From contig CBDBOV010000004.1 of assembly GCA_965208575.1 (NCBI GenBank), positions 864,001-928,000 on the forward strand: a stretch of DNA of 64,000 nucleotides, in the 5' to 3' direction. The first letter of the stretch is position 1, and each line of letters begins with the position of its first letter. The notes beneath the pieces are model-generated. The model saw only the letters and a list, made by a program, of their open reading frames with translations. It searched no databases and was not told the DNA's origin. Origin of the DNA: Spirochaetia bacterium (GTDB lineage Bacteria > Spirochaetota > Spirochaetia > SZUA-6 > Bin103). Both the position numbers and the translations under genes were made by a program. This document shows positions 61,514-64,000 of the stretch, piece after piece.

Positions 61514-62749
61514 ATGCAACAGAGCACTCGCCCGGCCCCGGCGCTGCCGCGGTGCCAGCCGGAACAGGTGGATCTTGCCGCGGACCTCGGCGACCGCCTC
61601 GCCGGCGCGGCGCGGCGCCTGGTCGGCGACCGGCAGCTTGCCGGCGCGGTGACGGCGGTGGCGCGCCACGGCAAGGTCGCGCACCTGCAGGCGCACGGCA
61701 TGCTCGATCTCGCGCGCGGCGCGCCGATGGCGGACGACGCCATCTTCCGCATCTACTCGATGACCAAGGCGGTCGGCGCCGTGGCGGCGCTGATGCTGTG
61801 CGAAGCGGGCAAGCTGGAACTGGATGCGCCGGCTGCCGATTACCTGCCGGCGCTGGGCCGGATGCGGGTCGCCCGCGAAGGCGGTGCCGACCGGGCAACG
61901 GTCGCGCCGCGGCGCGCCATGACGGTGCGCGACCTGTTGCGCCACACCTCCGGCCTGCCCGGCAACGTGGCGGTGAACGACCGCTTCCTGGACACCGGCC
62001 TGCCGCCGCTGGCCGAGTGCACGCTGGAGGAGATCGGCGATCGCCTCGACCGGGTTGCTCTGCTCTATCATCCCGGCAGCCGCTGGTATTACAGCGTCGC
62101 CGCCGACGTGGTGGGACGGCTGGTGGAGGTGGCGTCGGGGCAGACGTTCGACGAGTTCCTGGAGCAGCGCATCTTCGCGCCGCTGGGCATGGTCGACACC
62201 GGCTTCTTCTGCCCGCCGGAGAAGGCGGACCGGCTGGCGGAGATGTACGGACCCGACCCGGCCGGCGGCATCATGCCGGTGGCCGCGCCGCAGGGCGGCA
62301 CGGTGACCGGCTTCAGCTTTCGCGAACCGCCCCGCTTTCTCTCCTGCGGCGGCGGCCTGGTGTCCACCGGCCCGGACTACCTGCGCTTCTGCCTCATGCT
62401 CGCCGGCGGCGGGGCGCTCGGCGGCGTGCGGCTGCTGCAACCGGAGACCGTCGCGCGGATGACCCGCAACCAGCTCCCGGCCGCGCTGCTTCCGATCCGC
62501 AAGGCACCGCAGGAGCGCTACGACGGGCTGGGCTTCGGGCTCGGCTTCTCGGTGCGCGTCGAGCCGTCCGGCTTCGTGCCCGGCGCGGAGGTCGGTGAGT
62601 ACGGCTGGATCGGCGGCGCAAGCACCGAGTTCACGATCTCGCCCCGTTCCGGGCTGGTGATCATCACCCTGACGCAGTTCATGCCGTTTTCGCCGCTCAG
62701 CCGGACGGTGAAGACGATCGCCTACGACGCGCTCCGGGAGGACACGTAA
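61514..62749 (+). CDS. Serine hydrolase, beta-lactamase family
   Basis: IFRIYSMTK (SxxK), LLRHTSG, PGSRWYYS, IFAPLGMVDT, GGGLVST, YGWIG. Confidence 0.92.
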   Translation: MQQSTRPAPALPRCQPEQVDLAADLGDRLAGAARRLVGDRQLAGAVTAVARHGKVAHLQAHGMLDLARGAPMADDAIFRIYSMTKAVGAVAALMLCEAGKLELDAPAADYLPALGRMRVAREGGADRATVAPRRAMTVRDLLRHTSGLPGNVAVNDRFLDTGLPPLAECTLEEIGDRLDRVALLYHPGSRWYYSVAADVVGRLVEVASGQTFDEFLEQRIFAPLGMVDTGFFCPPEKADRLAEMYGPDPAGGIMPVAAPQGGTVTGFSFREPPRFLSCGGGLVSTGPDYLRFCLMLAGGGALGGVRLLQPETVARMTRNQLPAALLPIRKAPQERYDGLGFGLGFSVRVEPSGFVPGAEVGEYGWIGGASTEFTISPRSGLVIITLTQFMPFSPLSRTVKTIAYDALREDT

Positions 62750-62751
62750 TC

Positions 62752-64000
62752 ATGGCGCGACGCCCCAACATCGTGCTGATCATGGCGGACGACCTCGGGT
62801 TCAGCGACCTCGGCTGCTACGGCAGCGAAATAGCCACCCCGAACCTCGACCGGCTGGCCGCCGGCGGCATGCGCTTCACCCACTTCTACAACAACGCCGT
62901 GTGCGTGGCCACGCGCGCATCGCTGCTCACCGGCCAGTACTGCCACCGGGTGGGCCAGGGGCTCGGCGCCCGGCTACGCGGCGGCGCCAACAACGTCACC
63001 TTCGCCGAACTGCTGCGCGACGCCGGCTACCGCACGCTGATGTCCGGCAAGTGGCACAACGGCGCCGACCGCGGCGAGCTGCCGGTCGATCGCGGCTTCG
63101 ACCGCTACTGGGGGCTGTTGTCCGGCGGCAGCAACTACTTCAACCCGGGCGTACGGCGGCCGGGCGAGCCGGAGCCGGTGCACAAGGCGCCCGGCAACTA
63201 CCGGCCGTGGGGGGAAGACCGGCGCGTCACCCACCCCTTCACGCCCGATGATCCCGACTTCTACATCACCGACTCTTTCTCGGACCGGGCGGTCTCCTTC
63301 CTGGACCGCTACGGGCACGACGAGCAGCCGTTCCTGCTCTACCTTGCCTACACCGCGCCGCACTTTCCCCTGCACGCTCCGGAAGCGGACATCGCCCGCT
63401 ACCAGGGCCGCTACCGGATCGGGTGGGACGAACTGCGCCGGCGCCGCTACGCGCGCTTGTGCGACCTCGGCCTGGTGGAGGAACGCTGGGGCATGTCGGA
63501 ACGCGACGAGGCGTGCGGCACCTGGGCCGAGGCGCCCGACAAGCCGCGCTGGGACCGCAAGATGGCGGTCTACGCGGCGATGGTGGACCGCATGGACCAG
63601 GGGATCGGGCGCGTGCTCGCCAAGATCCGGGCGCTCGGCAAGGAGCAGGACACCCTGGTGCTGTTTCTGTCCGACAACGGCGGCTGCGGCGAGCACATCG
63701 ACAACTCACCCGACCGCCCGCCGGGCACCGTCGATACCTACGCCACCGTCGACGCGCCCTGGGCCAACGCCAGCAACACGCCATTCCGGAAGTACAAGGT
63801 GTTCGACCACGAGGGCGGCATCGCCACCCCGCTCATCGCCCACTGGCCGGCGGTCATCGAACCGGGCGCCATCAGCCACGAGGTGGGTCACGTGATCGAC
63901 TTCCTGCCCACGTTCGCCGATCTGGCCGGCGCCGAATACCCTGACCACTACCGCGGCGGGCGCATCGCCCCCGCCGACGGCATCAGCCTGGCGCCGCTGC
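62752..64000 (+). CDS. Arylsulfatase (3'-truncated by window edge)
   Basis: RPNIVLIMADDLGFSDLGCYG.EI.TPNLDRLA, CVATR (CxAxR variant), GKWH, YTAPHFPLHA, SDNG, EGGIATP. Absent from the ORF track because there is no stop in the window. Confidence 0.92.
   Translation, partial: MARRPNIVLIMADDLGFSDLGCYGSEIATPNLDRLAAGGMRFTHFYNNAVCVATRASLLTGQYCHRVGQGLGARLRGGANNVTFAELLRDAGYRTLMSGKWHNGADRGELPVDRGFDRYWGLLSGGSNYFNPGVRRPGEPEPVHKAPGNYRPWGEDRRVTHPFTPDDPDFYITDSFSDRAVSFLDRYGHDEQPFLLYLAYTAPHFPLHAPEADIARYQGRYRIGWDELRRRRYARLCDLGLVEERWGMSERDEACGTWAEAPDKPRWDRKMAVYAAMVDRMDQGIGRVLAKIRALGKEQDTLVLFLSDNGGCGEHIDNSPDRPPGTVDTYATVDAPWANASNTPFRKYKVFDHEGGIATPLIAHWPAVIEPGAISHEVGHVIDFLPTFADLAGAEYPDHYRGGRIAPADGISLAPL

Overview
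High-GC bacterial window (roughly 70% GC by eye), mostly metabolic and transport genes: korAB flanked by CBS genes, two arylsulfatases, GH116, TrkH, SDRs, ABC exporters, MMPL and coaE. It also carries FN3/Calx-beta and ankyrin lipoproteins. This mix is reminiscent of sponge-symbiont genomes (inference only). There are two accessory zones. (1) 15.4-23.9 kb: an IS1634-family element (15466-21018, 6-bp TSD TCTAAA) is itself interrupted by a 3571-bp Mu/Tn7-like four-gene transposon (16730-20300, TGT...ACA ends, 5-bp TSD GGAAG, multiple subterminal repeats). The IS1634 landed between the -35 and -10 boxes of the promoter of a lower-GC three-gene operon: an MqsR-like toxin (two in-frame TAA stops, missed by the ORF track), an MqsA-like antitoxin with a C-terminal tail, and a KGGVGR ParA/MinD-type ATPase-TPR protein. 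This operon is a candidate undescribed defence module. (2) 26-43.5 kb: toxin-antitoxin pairs, two paralogous Schlafen(AlbA_2)-HATPase genes (one intact inside a decayed type I R-M operon, in a PrrC-like position), RloB and DUF433 scars, a Uma2 nuclease, and an AAA_14-DUF4143 gene whose promoter is covered by five degenerate repeats at an exact 23-bp period. No rRNA, tRNA or CRISPR array was recognised. All family calls come from motif recognition, not database searches.
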